Shown one piece after another: positions 26,781 through 36,875 of a stretch of 64,000 bases of DNA. The notes below the pieces were generated by a model. That model did not search any database. It saw only the letters and a program-made list of their open reading frames with translations, and was not told the DNA's origin. Each line of letters opens with the position of its first letter. The first letter of the stretch is position 1. Source of the stretch: Clostridiales bacterium (GTDB taxonomy: Bacteria; Bacillota; Clostridia; Christensenellales; CAG-138); NCBI GenBank assembly GCA_004557245.1, contig SFEL01000006.1, positions 12,942 to 76,941 on the forward strand, written 5' to 3'. A program made the translations under genes and the position numbers.

Positions 26781-28154
26781 ATGTTTGATAGAAATACAGA
26801 AATGGATATGACAGAAGGCCCTCTTTTCAAAAAGCTGGTAGCCTATGCGATACCCATAATGCTTACGGGCATATTGCAGCTTCTGTTCAACGCAGCGGAT
26901 CTTATAGTGGTGGGCCGATTTGCCGGGCGTACAGCTCTTGCGGCAGTGGGCTCTACCACCTCTCTAACCAATCTGCTGGTAAATGTATTCATGATGATAT
27001 CCATAGGCGTAAGCGTGGCGGTGGCGCAGCATTACGGAGCACATGAGCCTGATGAGGTGGAGCAGACGGTATCAACCGCCATGTTCATGAGCGTGCTGCT
27101 GGGCGTAGCCGTGTGTCTGATAGGCATGGGGGCCTGTAAGCCCATGCTGAAAGCCATGGGTTCGCCGGATGACGTAATAGATCAGTCGGTGCTGTATATG
27201 CGAATATATTTTACCGGAATGCCGGCGTTTATGGTATACAACTTCGGCGCTTCTGCGCTGCGCGCCGTGGGGGATACCAGGCGGCCCATGCAGTTTTTGA
27301 CCATAGCGGGCATAATAAACGTGATACTTAATGTTATCACGGTGGTGAATTTCAAGTTGGGTGTGGCGGGCGTCGCCATAGCCACATCTGTCTCACAGTA
27401 CATATCCGCCATATTCGTTGTGCTGAGCCTCGTCAGGACAGAGAGCTGCCTGCATCTGGATATCAGGCATATGCGCATGCACAGGGATAAAATACTGGCA
27501 ATACTTAAAGTCGGCCTGCCGGCAGGGCTGCAAAGCTTCGTATTTTCGATCTCCAACGTGGTGATACAGTCCTCGGTGAACTCCTTTGGCTCCGCCGTAA
27601 TGGCGGGCAGCGCGGCCTCCAGCAACGTTGAGGGTTTTATCTATACTTCCATGAACGCTGTGGTGCAATCCACGATGGCCTTTACAGGGCAGAATATAGG
27701 CGCCCGCAGATTTCAACGCATAGGCGAGATAGTCAGAAAAAGCATACTGCTGCAAATAATCATAGCCGGGTCTATGGCTGTCATAGGCTGCGCCCTCAGC
27801 GAGCAGCTCATAAGTATATACGCCAAGGGAGATGTGGAGTCCATAGCCTGGGGTGTATCACGGCTGAGGATAATCGGCGGCACGTATTTTATAATGGGCA
27901 TATCAGATGTGGCGGTGGGCGCCATGAGGGGCATGGGCAATTCCACTGTGCCTATGGCCATAAGCATATTCGGCATATGTGTGCTGAGGATAGTTTGGAT
28001 ATATACAGTATTTTCCGCATACAGGACATTTGAGATGCTGATAGTAAGTTACCCCGTATCCTGGATAGTAACGCTGGTAGCCCAGTATGTATGCTACGGC
28101 ATAGTAAAGCGAAAAACCGTTGCAGCAATGAGTTCCGGAGAAAAAAGCATATAG
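26781..28154 (+). CDS. MATE-family efflux transporter
   Basis: It is a 12-TM protein with the MATE N-terminal signature (LFKKLVAYAIPIMLTGILQLLFNAADLIVVGRF). Confidence 0.9.
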   Translation: MFDRNTEMDMTEGPLFKKLVAYAIPIMLTGILQLLFNAADLIVVGRFAGRTALAAVGSTTSLTNLLVNVFMMISIGVSVAVAQHYGAHEPDEVEQTVSTAMFMSVLLGVAVCLIGMGACKPMLKAMGSPDDVIDQSVLYMRIYFTGMPAFMVYNFGASALRAVGDTRRPMQFLTIAGIINVILNVITVVNFKLGVAGVAIATSVSQYISAIFVVLSLVRTESCLHLDIRHMRMHRDKILAILKVGLPAGLQSFVFSISNVVIQSSVNSFGSAVMAGSAASSNVEGFIYTSMNAVVQSTMAFTGQNIGARRFQRIGEIVRKSILLQIIIAGSMAVIGCALSEQLISIYAKGDVESIAWGVSRLRIIGGTYFIMGISDVAVGAMRGMGNSTVPMAISIFGICVLRIVWIYTVFSAYRTFEMLIVSYPVSWIVTLVAQYVCYGIVKRKTVAAMSSGEKSI

Positions 28155-28308
28155 CTATTTCGGTTTGGACTCATATTGGGTATAACGCTGTCCACAGCCG
28201 ATCTAAGCGATTCAAACGGTGTTCATGCTGGCAATACTTTAAAAGAACAATAAAGTATGCTAAAGAGACGGCCAATGGCCGCTTCTTTAGCATGTACGCA
28301 TAAAATAC

Positions 28309-28338
28309 AAAAGGGGCGGCATTTGTGCCGCCCCTTTT
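28309..28338. terminator. Bidirectional terminator between the MATE and htrA genes
   Basis: The sequence is AAAAGGGGCGGCA-TTTG-TGCCGCCCCTTTT. Confidence 0.75.
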
Positions 28339-28386
28339 GCCAGATGGTTGGGGGTATGTCACAGACGGTGTGTGGGGGAACCCGCC

Positions 28387-29694
28387 TTATGACCTTTCGC
28401 CAAGTACGACTGTGAGATCCTTTGTCTCATTGCCCCTCAGCACTGTTATTGTTACCGTATCGCCGACTTTATATTCATAAAGCATTGCGGCGAATTGGGA
28501 GGAACCGGTAATTTCTTTGCCGTTGAGGGACATCAGTATATCGTTTACCAGCAAACCGCCTCTTTCGGCCGCACTGCCGGACTCGACGCTCATTACCTGT
28601 ACGCGGGTCACATAATTGTCCATGTAGAAAGAGAAGGGGTTATTGCGGTTGTTGCTGTTGCCGTAGCGCAATGACACGTCCTGCATAGTAATACCGATAT
28701 AGGGACGGCCGGTAACGTAGCCGAGATCCACAAGGTCCACAATGACGGGCTTTGCCGAGTCTACTGGGATGGCGAAGCCAAGGCCCTCCACCTCCAGGCT
28801 GGCGCTCTTGGCGTTGACGATGCCGATGAGCTCGCCGGACTCGTTGAACAGGCCGCCGCCGGAATTGCCGGGGTTGATGGAGGCGTCAGTCTGCATAAGC
28901 GTCATGCTGATGCCGTCTATGGTAATGGTCCTGTCAAGGCCGCTGATGATGCCCTTTGAAACTGAACTTGTGAGCACGCCCAGAGGATTGCCTATGGCGT
29001 ATACCGTGTCTCCCACGGTGACGTTGCCGGAACTGCCGATGGTTGCGGCGGGCAGATTGGCCACATCGATCTTTACGATTGCCAGGTCGGAGAAGGTATC
29101 CGTTCCGATCAGCTTCGCATCATATTTAGTGCCGTCCTGCAGATAAACATGAATGGTGTCTGCGCCCTGCACGACGTGGTTGTTGGTCACGATATAGCCG
29201 TCATCAGTGATTATGACGCCGGAACCGGATCCGGTATCCTGCTCCTGGGTTTCGCCTGTGGCATAGGATATTGTGGTGTTGCCAACGTAGATGCCGACTA
29301 CGCTTGCCATGCAGTTCTGGACTACGCCGGTTGCGTTTGTGCTGTCCTGGCCGTCATTTGCTATGTTGAGCTTATCGGAGGGGTGTTCGCTGTTTTCAGG
29401 CTTGCTCACGCTGTCATCAGAAGCTTCGGGGTCGGTCTTATTGACGTCGTCCTTATTGGGTTCTTCAACTATCATGTTGGAGGAATCAGGCGTGGGAGCT
29501 TGCTCCTTATTGATTCGTCCGCCGAGATATGCGCCTGCGGTGCCAAATATGAGCGCTACCGCCAGCAGGCATACTATAAACTGCGCGGGAGTTACGCCCT
29601 TCTTTTTCTTTTCATTGGGGGTGTAGTAGCCGTCAGAGGAATAATTTCCCTGACCGTTCTCGTTTCCGTTATTGCTGTACCAGTTGTTTTCCAT
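28387..29694 (-). CDS. htrA: HtrA/DegP-family serine protease with PDZ domain
   Basis: It has a trypsin-like catalytic region (TNNHVV, DLAIVK, GNSGGGLF) and a C-terminal PDZ domain. I prefer the start at MENNWY (29694) over the ORF-track 29757. Confidence 0.85.
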   Translation of the reverse strand: MENNWYSNNGNENGQGNYSSDGYYTPNEKKKKGVTPAQFIVCLLAVALIFGTAGAYLGGRINKEQAPTPDSSNMIVEEPNKDDVNKTDPEASDDSVSKPENSEHPSDKLNIANDGQDSTNATGVVQNCMASVVGIYVGNTTISYATGETQEQDTGSGSGVIITDDGYIVTNNHVVQGADTIHVYLQDGTKYDAKLIGTDTFSDLAIVKIDVANLPAATIGSSGNVTVGDTVYAIGNPLGVLTSSVSKGIISGLDRTITIDGISMTLMQTDASINPGNSGGGLFNESGELIGIVNAKSASLEVEGLGFAIPVDSAKPVIVDLVDLGYVTGRPYIGITMQDVSLRYGNSNNRNNPFSFYMDNYVTRVQVMSVESGSAAERGGLLVNDILMSLNGKEITGSSQFAAMLYEYKVGDTVTITVLRGNETKDLTVVLGERS

Positions 29695-29865
29695 ATATCT
29701 AAAAGAACTCCTTTCGTATTTTCCAAGATGAATTGTAATATTTGAATTTGAAGGCATAGTATCAGCATTATGCCAAACTTGTGGTAAATCGTGAACAAAT
29801 TATGGCACACATTTTATTACGACCGATTTTTCCCAAATATACGGCAATTATGGTATAATTGCAAT

Positions 29866-32073
29866 ATGCAGATAAAGGGTACCGTCAAAAATATAATATT
29901 CAGAAGCGACGACACGGGCTTTACCGTGCTGGAGCTGGTTGACGACCAGGGCGACGAGATAACGGCAGTAGGTCCTATGTTTGCTGCTGCCGTTGGAGAG
30001 CGAATAGAGGTGACGGGGGACTGGAACGAGCACCGCTCTTACGGCATGCAGTTTAAAGCCACCGGCTGCGTAACCCTTGCACCGGCCACCATAGGCGCAC
30101 TGACGGCGTACCTCAGCTGCGGCCTTATAAAGGGAATTGGTCCGGAGACTGCGAAGAATATCGTAGCTACTTTCGGCATGGATACTATTTCGGTGATGGA
30201 GAATCAGCCGGAAAGGCTTACCGAGGTATACGGAATAGGCAGAGTCAGGGCAGCGGCTATCGCTGCGTCCTACATGGCCCAGAAGGATATGCGGGACGTC
30301 ATGATAGGCCTTCAGGAGTACGGCATAACCGTAAACCAGGCTATGAAGCTGTATAAGATATACGGCCCACGTTGTCTTGAGCGGTTGAAGGAGAACCCGT
30401 ACCGGCTCATAGACGACGTAGAGGGAATAGGATTCAGGACGGCGGACAAGATAGCCCAGAACGGTGGATTTGCGCCGGATTCACCCTTCAGGCTGAGGGC
30501 GGGGCTGCGCTATACCCTGCAATGGGCATGTCACGAGGGGCATACCTATCTGCCGAGAGAAAAGCTTATTCAGGTGGCGGCGGATATATTAGGTTCGGAT
30601 TTAGGCCCGGTAGAGAGGGAGCTGGATGAGCTGATAATAAGCGAAAGCGTAGTATATAAGGCGGTAAACAATACCGATGCCTGCTTCCTGCCGTATTTAT
30701 ACAGAATGGAGTCCGAATGTGCGGCGAGGCTTAACCTGCTGGCTGCGCCGAGGGAAAAGACATTGCCATATTTCAATATAGAGAGCCAGACGGAAAAGCT
30801 GGAGACGAAGTATAAAATATCCCTTGCCGCGGAGCAGAAGAGGGCGGTACGCCTCGCGCTTACCAGCGGCGCGCTGGTCATAACAGGCGGCCCCGGCACA
30901 GGTAAGACCACAATATTGCAGTTCGTCATAACCATGCTGGAAAAGCTCGGGGAAAGCTTTGAGCTCTGCGCCCCAACAGGAAGGGCGGCAAAGCGCATGA
31001 CCGAGGCTACCGGGTGCGAGGCGCGGACCATACACCGGCTGCTTGAGTACGGCTACGGCGAGAGCGGCTTTACGCGAAATCAGGATAATCCCATAGATGC
31101 AGACGTAATAATCGTTGACGAGATGAGCATGGTGGACGTGCAGCTGCTATGGTCCCTGCTTAGGGCTACACGGGCTGGTACGCGGCTCATTATGGTAGGC
31201 GACGCGGATCAGCTGCCCTCGGTAGGCGCCGGCAACGTGCTGAGGGACATCATAGCTTCGGAGACGGTGCCTGTGGTTCGTCTGACGGAAATCTACCGGC
31301 AGGGTGGCCGCAGCGCCATAGTCACCAACGCCCACAGGATAAACAACGGCCAGCCTCCCATACTTCACGGCGAAGAGGAGTTCGGGTTCGAGCCAATAGA
31401 CTCCGCGGAGGGCATACTGCGGCGGCTTACGGCGCTGTGCTCCGGCAAGGTAAGCAAGCTGGGCGCAGCGGATCCTTTGAAAGATATACAGGTGCTGTCA
31501 CCTATGAAAAAAGGCGCGCTTGGAGTGCGCAATATAAATCTCCGTCTACAGGAGGCTCTAAATCCGCCAGCACATAAGAAACACGAGCGAAAATACGGCG
31601 AGACGGTATTCCGTGAGGGCGACAAGGTTATGCAGGTGAAGAACGACTACCGCATGAGCTGGAAGAGGGCGCGGCGGGGCAGGCCGGACGAGCTTGGGGA
31701 GGGGGTTTACAATGGCGATCTCGGCACCATAATGAGCATAGACTTATATGAGCAGACGGTGGACGTGCTCTTTGACGACGAGCGTGAGGCGCTGTACGAG
31801 TTCAGCCAGCTTGAGGAGCTGGAGCTTGCATACTGCATATCCATACACAAGAGCCAGGGCAGCGAGTTTCCGGTGGTGATATTGCCTCTCGCGGGAGGTC
31901 CGCCTATGCTTATGACCAGGAACCTGCTTTATACGGCGGTCACGCGGGCGCGAAAGGCGGTATATATAATAGGCCATGAGGAGTGTCCCGCGCAGATGGT
32001 GGCCAACAATCAGGTAAAGCAGCGCTACAGCGCCCTTGCGGCGCTCATGTGGGCGGACAGGGGGCTGCAGTGA
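29866..32073 (+). CDS. recD2: RecD2-type SF1B DNA helicase
   Basis: The N-terminus reads GTVKNIIFRSDDTGFTVLEL. It has Walker A GGPGTGKTT, plus DEMSMVD, GDADQLPSVG and the C-terminal SIHKSQGSEF. Confidence 0.9.
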   Translation: MQIKGTVKNIIFRSDDTGFTVLELVDDQGDEITAVGPMFAAAVGERIEVTGDWNEHRSYGMQFKATGCVTLAPATIGALTAYLSCGLIKGIGPETAKNIVATFGMDTISVMENQPERLTEVYGIGRVRAAAIAASYMAQKDMRDVMIGLQEYGITVNQAMKLYKIYGPRCLERLKENPYRLIDDVEGIGFRTADKIAQNGGFAPDSPFRLRAGLRYTLQWACHEGHTYLPREKLIQVAADILGSDLGPVERELDELIISESVVYKAVNNTDACFLPYLYRMESECAARLNLLAAPREKTLPYFNIESQTEKLETKYKISLAAEQKRAVRLALTSGALVITGGPGTGKTTILQFVITMLEKLGESFELCAPTGRAAKRMTEATGCEARTIHRLLEYGYGESGFTRNQDNPIDADVIIVDEMSMVDVQLLWSLLRATRAGTRLIMVGDADQLPSVGAGNVLRDIIASETVPVVRLTEIYRQGGRSAIVTNAHRINNGQPPILHGEEEFGFEPIDSAEGILRRLTALCSGKVSKLGAADPLKDIQVLSPMKKGALGVRNINLRLQEALNPPAHKKHERKYGETVFREGDKVMQVKNDYRMSWKRARRGRPDELGEGVYNGDLGTIMSIDLYEQTVDVLFDDEREALYEFSQLEELELAYCISIHKSQGSEFPVVILPLAGGPPMLMTRNLLYTAVTRARKAVYIIGHEECPAQMVANNQVKQRYSALAALMWADRGLQ

Positions 32074-32714
32074 AACTGCTGAAAGTGTTCCTGAATGCGT
32101 TGTACCCTGAGGGTGTAGCCTGCCTGCTCTGCAACAGAAACGCAAGGCTGGACAGGCGCGGCTTATGCGAGAAGTGCAGGGAGAGCATAGACCCGGCGGC
32201 GGAGATACATATTGACGGCGTGATATCCGGGGCTGTGGCGGCCATGGCATATAACGACGCCGCGGCAAAGCTCATACACGGATTCAAGTATGGCAACAGG
32301 AGGTACATGGGCCGAGGCCTGGCGGGAGGGATCGATCTGCCGGAAAATTGGAATATAGACGCTGTAGTGCCTGTGCCGCTGCACCCTAAAAGGGAAAAGG
32401 AACGAGGCTATAACCAGAGCATGATACTCGCCGAGGAGCTGGGCAGACGATATGATATACCGGTGCGGCCAAGGCTTTTGCAACGCATAAGATATACGGA
32501 AATGCAGTCCATGACTGCCGGGAGGGACAGGCGCGAAAACGTCCGGGGCGCCTTCCGGGCGAGGGAATGCAAGGGCAGAAATATATTGCTGGTGGACGAC
32601 GTCATAACCACCGGCAGCACGATGGAGGAATGCGCAATTGCGCTGAAAAACGCCGGCGCGGGTAAGATATACTGCGCGGCCGCGGCGTATGCGGGCCATG
32701 GCGAAGGAGAATAG
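32070..32714 (+). CDS. comFC: ComF-family phosphoribosyltransferase-domain protein
   Basis: A GTG start overlaps the recD2 stop (GTGA). It has a zinc-finger-like CLLCN..CEKC and a PRT motif ILLVDDVITTGST. Confidence 0.8.
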   Translation: MKLLKVFLNALYPEGVACLLCNRNARLDRRGLCEKCRESIDPAAEIHIDGVISGAVAAMAYNDAAAKLIHGFKYGNRRYMGRGLAGGIDLPENWNIDAVVPVPLHPKREKERGYNQSMILAEELGRRYDIPVRPRLLQRIRYTEMQSMTAGRDRRENVRGAFRARECKGRNILLVDDVITTGSTMEECAIALKNAGAGKIYCAAAAYAGHGEGE

Positions 32715-32715
32715 G

Positions 32716-33432
32716 ATGAGCAACAGATTTTGCAGAACAGAGATAATGCTGGGGGCTGATGCCATGGAAAGGCTGAAGAACGCCTCCGTGGCGGTATTCG
32801 GCGTGGGCGGCGTAGGCGGCTTTGCAGCTGAGGGCATAGTAAGAAGCGGCGTAGGCAGCATAACGCTGGTGGACGACGACGTGGTTGCAGAAAGCAATCT
32901 CAACCGGCAGATAATCGCGCTTACTTCCACAATTGGCCGGCCAAAGGTGAGCCTTATGGCAGCGCGGGCGCGGGATATAAACCCGGACGTAATGATCGAC
33001 GAGCGGATTATGCGGTATGACGAATCCACCGCGGAAAGCTTTGACTTTACAAAATACGACTATATAGTCGACGCTATTGATTCCGTCACATCAAAGCTCA
33101 TACTCATTGAGCGGGCCAAGGCTGCGGGAGTGCCGATAATATCCTGCATGGGCGCGGGGAATAAGCTGGACCCTACGGCGTTTCAGGTGGCAGATATAAG
33201 CGAGACCACAGTCTGTCCCCTCGCCCGCGTGGTGCGGCGCGAGCTGAAAAAGCGGGGCATAGTGCGCGGAGTGAAGGTTGTATATTCCAAGGAGCCTGTC
33301 ATATTCCCTGAGGACGGCAGCGAGAAGATACTGCCGGGAAAGCACCGCACCACGGGCAGCATAGCCTTTGTGCCATCAGTTGCGGGTATGATAATTGCAG
33401 GCACTGTGGTAAAGGATATCGCAGGGGTATAA
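32716..33432 (+). CDS. tcdA: tRNA threonylcarbamoyladenosine dehydratase (ThiF/E1-like)
   Basis: It reads VAVFGVGGVGGFAAEGIVRSGVGSITLVDDDVVAESNLNRQ. Confidence 0.85.
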   Translation: MSNRFCRTEIMLGADAMERLKNASVAVFGVGGVGGFAAEGIVRSGVGSITLVDDDVVAESNLNRQIIALTSTIGRPKVSLMAARARDINPDVMIDERIMRYDESTAESFDFTKYDYIVDAIDSVTSKLILIERAKAAGVPIISCMGAGNKLDPTAFQVADISETTVCPLARVVRRELKKRGIVRGVKVVYSKEPVIFPEDGSEKILPGKHRTTGSIAFVPSVAGMIIAGTVVKDIAGV

Positions 33433-33485
33433 TAGGGTGCAAAACCGCCCATACTTGACCGATGACATTATAGAGGTAGAATTAT

Positions 33486-34226
33486 ATGAAACTCACCGTA
33501 TTGGGGCGGCACGGCCCATTTCCCGCGCCGGGAGGCGCCTGCTCGGGGTATCTCATAGAGGCGGGAGATACAAAGCTCTGCGTGGATCTTGGCAGCGGCA
33601 CCCTTGGCAACCTGAGGAATATACTGCCGGGGCTGAAGCTGGACGGCATATTGCTTTCACACCTCCACAGCGACCATATGTCCGATATGCTGGTATTGCG
33701 CTATGCGCTTACGCAGCTCAGCGCCAAGGGGACGGAGATAGGATTGCCAATGACGGTGGTAGCGCCTGAAACGCCGGAGGTAGAGTTCAGGCAGCTTGCC
33801 TCCTCCGGGGTTTTCGAGATGGTACACGCCAAGGCGGGGCTGAAGCTGCGCTTCGGAGAGGTGACTGTGACGCTTTACAGCTCGGCGCACCCGGTGGAAA
33901 CCTATGCCTTCGATATAGAACACAAGGGCAAGCGCATATTCTATACCGGTGACACGGGCATGTACACAGAACTGGTCCGTCAGTGCATGGGGGCGGATAT
34001 ACTGCTTGCGGATGCCTGCTTCCTGGACGGGGAAAAGCCGGGCGAGAACGCCCCGCACCTTACCGCTGGGGAGGCGGGGAAGGTAGCCAAAGAGGCGGGA
34101 GTGGGGCAGCTTATCTGCACCCATATATGGGGAGGCCGGGACATGGCCGGTGAGATACTTGCAGAAGCCCGAAGGCAGTTCCCGAATACCCTTGTAGCAG
34201 AAGAGATGCACGAATATTTCGTATAA
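33486..34226 (+). CDS. MBL-fold metallo-hydrolase
   Basis: It has the HLHSDH motif and downstream His/Asp ligands. Confidence 0.8.
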   Translation: MKLTVLGRHGPFPAPGGACSGYLIEAGDTKLCVDLGSGTLGNLRNILPGLKLDGILLSHLHSDHMSDMLVLRYALTQLSAKGTEIGLPMTVVAPETPEVEFRQLASSGVFEMVHAKAGLKLRFGEVTVTLYSSAHPVETYAFDIEHKGKRIFYTGDTGMYTELVRQCMGADILLADACFLDGEKPGENAPHLTAGEAGKVAKEAGVGQLICTHIWGGRDMAGEILAEARRQFPNTLVAEEMHEYFV

Positions 34227-34236
34227 GAATAAAGCG

Positions 34237-34281
34237 GAGACTGTGGAAAAAGTGGCTGAACGCCACTTTTTCCACAGTCTC
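34237..34281. repeat. Palindromic terminator repeat, copy C (most complete, 20-bp arms)
   Basis: The sequence is GAGACTGTGGAAAAAGTGGC-TGAAC-GCCACTTTTTCCACAGTCTC. Confidence 0.75.
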
Positions 34282-34431
34282 ATATATAAGTTCTACGTTA
34301 TCATCGCTTTGCAGTGCGTCCACCTCATATGGTTCTCCTTATATAAGACTGGCAAAGGCAAAAAATGTTGCGTTTTTGCCGTAATAAATATTTATCGCCG
34401 CGGAAAACTAAAGAAAAAAGGAGATATGCTT

Positions 34432-34599
34432 ATGACGAGGAAGACCGCCGCGTGGCTGATAGCATGCGCCGCACTGATAATAGGACTTGCGGTGATAATG
34501 ATAGCTGCCCTTGCAAAGGACAGGAAGCCCTCAGCGGATACTGCACGGTTTGTGATCCAAAATGAGTTCAGGGCGCAGGGTAAAGACCTGACGCCCTGA
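34432..34599 (+). CDS. Small single-TM hypothetical protein (55 aa)
   Basis: An ATG lies 8 nt after GGAG, and there is one hydrophobic helix (AAWLIACAALIIGLAVIMIAAL). I recognise no homology. Confidence 0.35.
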   Translation: MTRKTAAWLIACAALIIGLAVIMIAALAKDRKPSADTARFVIQNEFRAQGKDLTP

Positions 34600-34611
34600 T
34601 ATTTTATTTGA

Positions 34612-35307
34612 TTATTCGTCCTGGTCCTGCTCGCTGTCCGGAACGTGTATGCCGGCTACGGCATCAACGGGGAGCGAGAACATTACGGTATGGGCGGGGG
34701 ACTTTACGCCCGCCTTATTCATTATGGAACTCATTATGTCATTGCGCTTGTCTGCGCTTGCCACTATGTACACCACATCCTTCTCCTCGGCAATGGATAC
34801 TCCGAAAAACTTTGCCCGGGACTCGGTCAGTGCACCCTTGGCCCGGACTATTGTACCGCCGGTGGCTCCCGCCTCGCGGGCCGCGTCCATTACCATGCCG
34901 GTATGTCCCTGCTCGGCAATTGCAACTATAAGAGAATGTTTGGCTTCCTTCATGTATTTCACCTCGTTTCCGATGATAGTGTCCTCAGTATAAAGGTACC
35001 TAAGCGCCGACGCACCGCCTATGCATTCAAGACTGATAAAATAGGCGATGCCGTTGTTTGGCGCATCTATGTGCATCTCTGTGCGCAGGTGCCTGAGTAT
35101 GCGGGGACGCAGGGCGGAGGGCAGCACACAGTGCAGCATTACCTTCTCCTTACGCTCAAGCCCGAGCATATCGAGAAGCTTTTTACGCGCTGAGCCCTCG
35201 CAGAGAGAGCCCAATACCACACCTGCGCCGTTTCGCTGGAAAAAATCTATGTAATCCTGATCCTGATCGCGCCGCACTATGGCGGTTATCATACTGTATC
35301 CGTTCAT
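34612..35307 (-). CDS. Tandem P-II-like (GlnB-fold) signalling protein
   Basis: Two repeats of about 100 aa each have a P-II-like beta-alpha-beta pattern (MITAIVRRDQ..., SLIVAIAEQGHTGMVMDAAREAGATGGTIVRAKG...). Its start overlaps the stop of the upstream DUF1538 gene. Confidence 0.75.
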   Translation of the reverse strand: MNGYSMITAIVRRDQDQDYIDFFQRNGAGVVLGSLCEGSARKKLLDMLGLERKEKVMLHCVLPSALRPRILRHLRTEMHIDAPNNGIAYFISLECIGGASALRYLYTEDTIIGNEVKYMKEAKHSLIVAIAEQGHTGMVMDAAREAGATGGTIVRAKGALTESRAKFFGVSIAEEKDVVYIVASADKRNDIMSSIMNKAGVKSPAHTVMFSLPVDAVAGIHVPDSEQDQDE

Positions 35308-36875
35308 TCTTTTTCCTCCTCGAAAACGATGATGACGTCTTTATCGCTTTCATGAAGCTCGTCTGCCTGATCCGCCTTCAACGCCTTGGCGGTCTTGAAC
35401 TTATAATAGAGTCCCAACAGCTGTATGGTGATGAGCGGCGTCATCGCTACCATTGCTACCACGCCGAAGGCGTCCTGAGCTACATTGCCGCCCACGGATA
35501 TGCAAAGCCCCATGGCGAGAGGCAGCAGGAATGTGGCGGTCATAGGTCCGGATGCTACTCCGCCGGAGTCAAAGGCTATGGCGGTGAACACCGGGGGCAC
35601 GAAGAAGCTTAGCAGCAGCGCCATGCCGTAGCCCGGCCCCAGCAGCCACATTATGGGCAGCCCCGTAAGTACCCTGAGCATGGAAAGCCCTACGGATATG
35701 GCCACGCCTATGGAAAGGCTGAGGCTCATGGCTTTCTGGGGTATAGCACCTTCTGTCATTTCGGCGACCTGGCGGTTCAAAACATGAACAGCAGGTTCCG
35801 CAGCAACGATGAAGTAGCCCAGCAGCATACCTATGGGCACGATTATCCAATTGTAGGGAAGCTGGCCTATGAGTTCGCCCAACATATTACCTACAGGCAT
35901 AAAGCCAACGTTGGCCCCTGTAAGGAAGAATACCAGACCAAGGTAGGTATATGCAAGACCTATGCAGATCCTTATTATCTCCGTAAGGCCAAGACGGCAG
36001 CGGGGTATCTGAAAAATGGCAAATATGCAGACTATAGGCAGGAAGGCTTCGGCCACCTCCTTAAAGTAGCCTGGGAAGGCGTCGGAAAAGAGCTTCCACA
36101 GCTCAAGAGAGTTGGTTATATCGGGCACTACTACGGGAGAATACGCGCCGCCCTCCGAACTGAACAGCAGCCCCAGCACCAACACGGCGATGATAGGGCC
36201 TACAGAGCTGAGAGCTACCAAGCCGAAGCTGTCTTCGCCTGCATGGCTGTCGCTTCGTACAGAGGCGACGCCCACGCCCAACGCCATTATAAAGGGCACC
36301 GTCATAGGCCCGGTGGTGACTCCGCCGGAATCGAAGGCGGTGGAGAGAAAGTCCTTTGGAACGAAGGCCGCAAGTGTAAATACCGCCACGTAAAGCCCAA
36401 TGAGGAGATAATTCAGCGGCAGCCGGAAAAATATTCGCAGCATTGCGAGTACTAGGAATATGCCTACGCCTATGGCTACCGACCATATTATGGCTTGATT
36501 AGGAATATTTGGCACCTGTTGGGCAAGCACTCTGAGATCGGGTTCTGATACCGTGATGAATATGCCTACCGCAAGGCTGACTACGATTATCAGGATAAGC
36601 TTTTTTGAATGTGAAACGACCGCACCTATGTGCTCGCCTATTCTGGACATCGCCATATCCGCGCCCATGGAGAACAGCCCCATGCCGATTATAAGAAGGC
36701 ACGCCCCCACTATGAAGGCCAGCATAACGCTACTGGGTACAGGAACCACGATAAAGCACAACAGGAATATAACAGCAGTAACCGGCAGCACTGATTTGAG
36801 CGATTCGCTCAGCTTTTCTGGAAGAATGGTTTTTAATATGTTTTTCACTGGGGAGAGAAACACGTCCCTTCTCAA
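35304..36875 (-). CDS. Integral membrane protein with duplicated DUF1538-type domain
   Basis: It is a polytopic protein with an internal repeat: FDSGGVTTGPMTVPFIMALGVG, then AFDSGGVASGPMTATFLLPLAMG. Confidence 0.75.
   Translation of the reverse strand: MRRDVFLSPVKNILKTILPEKLSESLKSVLPVTAVIFLLCFIVVPVPSSVMLAFIVGACLLIIGMGLFSMGADMAMSRIGEHIGAVVSHSKKLILIIVVSLAVGIFITVSEPDLRVLAQQVPNIPNQAIIWSVAIGVGIFLVLAMLRIFFRLPLNYLLIGLYVAVFTLAAFVPKDFLSTAFDSGGVTTGPMTVPFIMALGVGVASVRSDSHAGEDSFGLVALSSVGPIIAVLVLGLLFSSEGGAYSPVVVPDITNSLELWKLFSDAFPGYFKEVAEAFLPIVCIFAIFQIPRCRLGLTEIIRICIGLAYTYLGLVFFLTGANVGFMPVGNMLGELIGQLPYNWIIVPIGMLLGYFIVAAEPAVHVLNRQVAEMTEGAIPQKAMSLSLSIGVAISVGLSMLRVLTGLPIMWLLGPGYGMALLLSFFVPPVFTAIAFDSGGVASGPMTATFLLPLAMGLCISVGGNVAQDAFGVVAMVAMTPLITIQLLGLYYKFKTAKALKADQADELHESDKDVIIVFEEEKE

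Noticed and set aside
34111-34323. A 70-aa minus-strand ORF running through terminator repeat copy C into the MBL-fold gene. Similar ORFs occur elsewhere whose translations contain EKVAFSHFF / KKWRSATFS.
   Set aside because: The shared peptide strings are simply the translated palindromic repeat. The ORFs cross a strong hairpin and overlap real genes in antisense.
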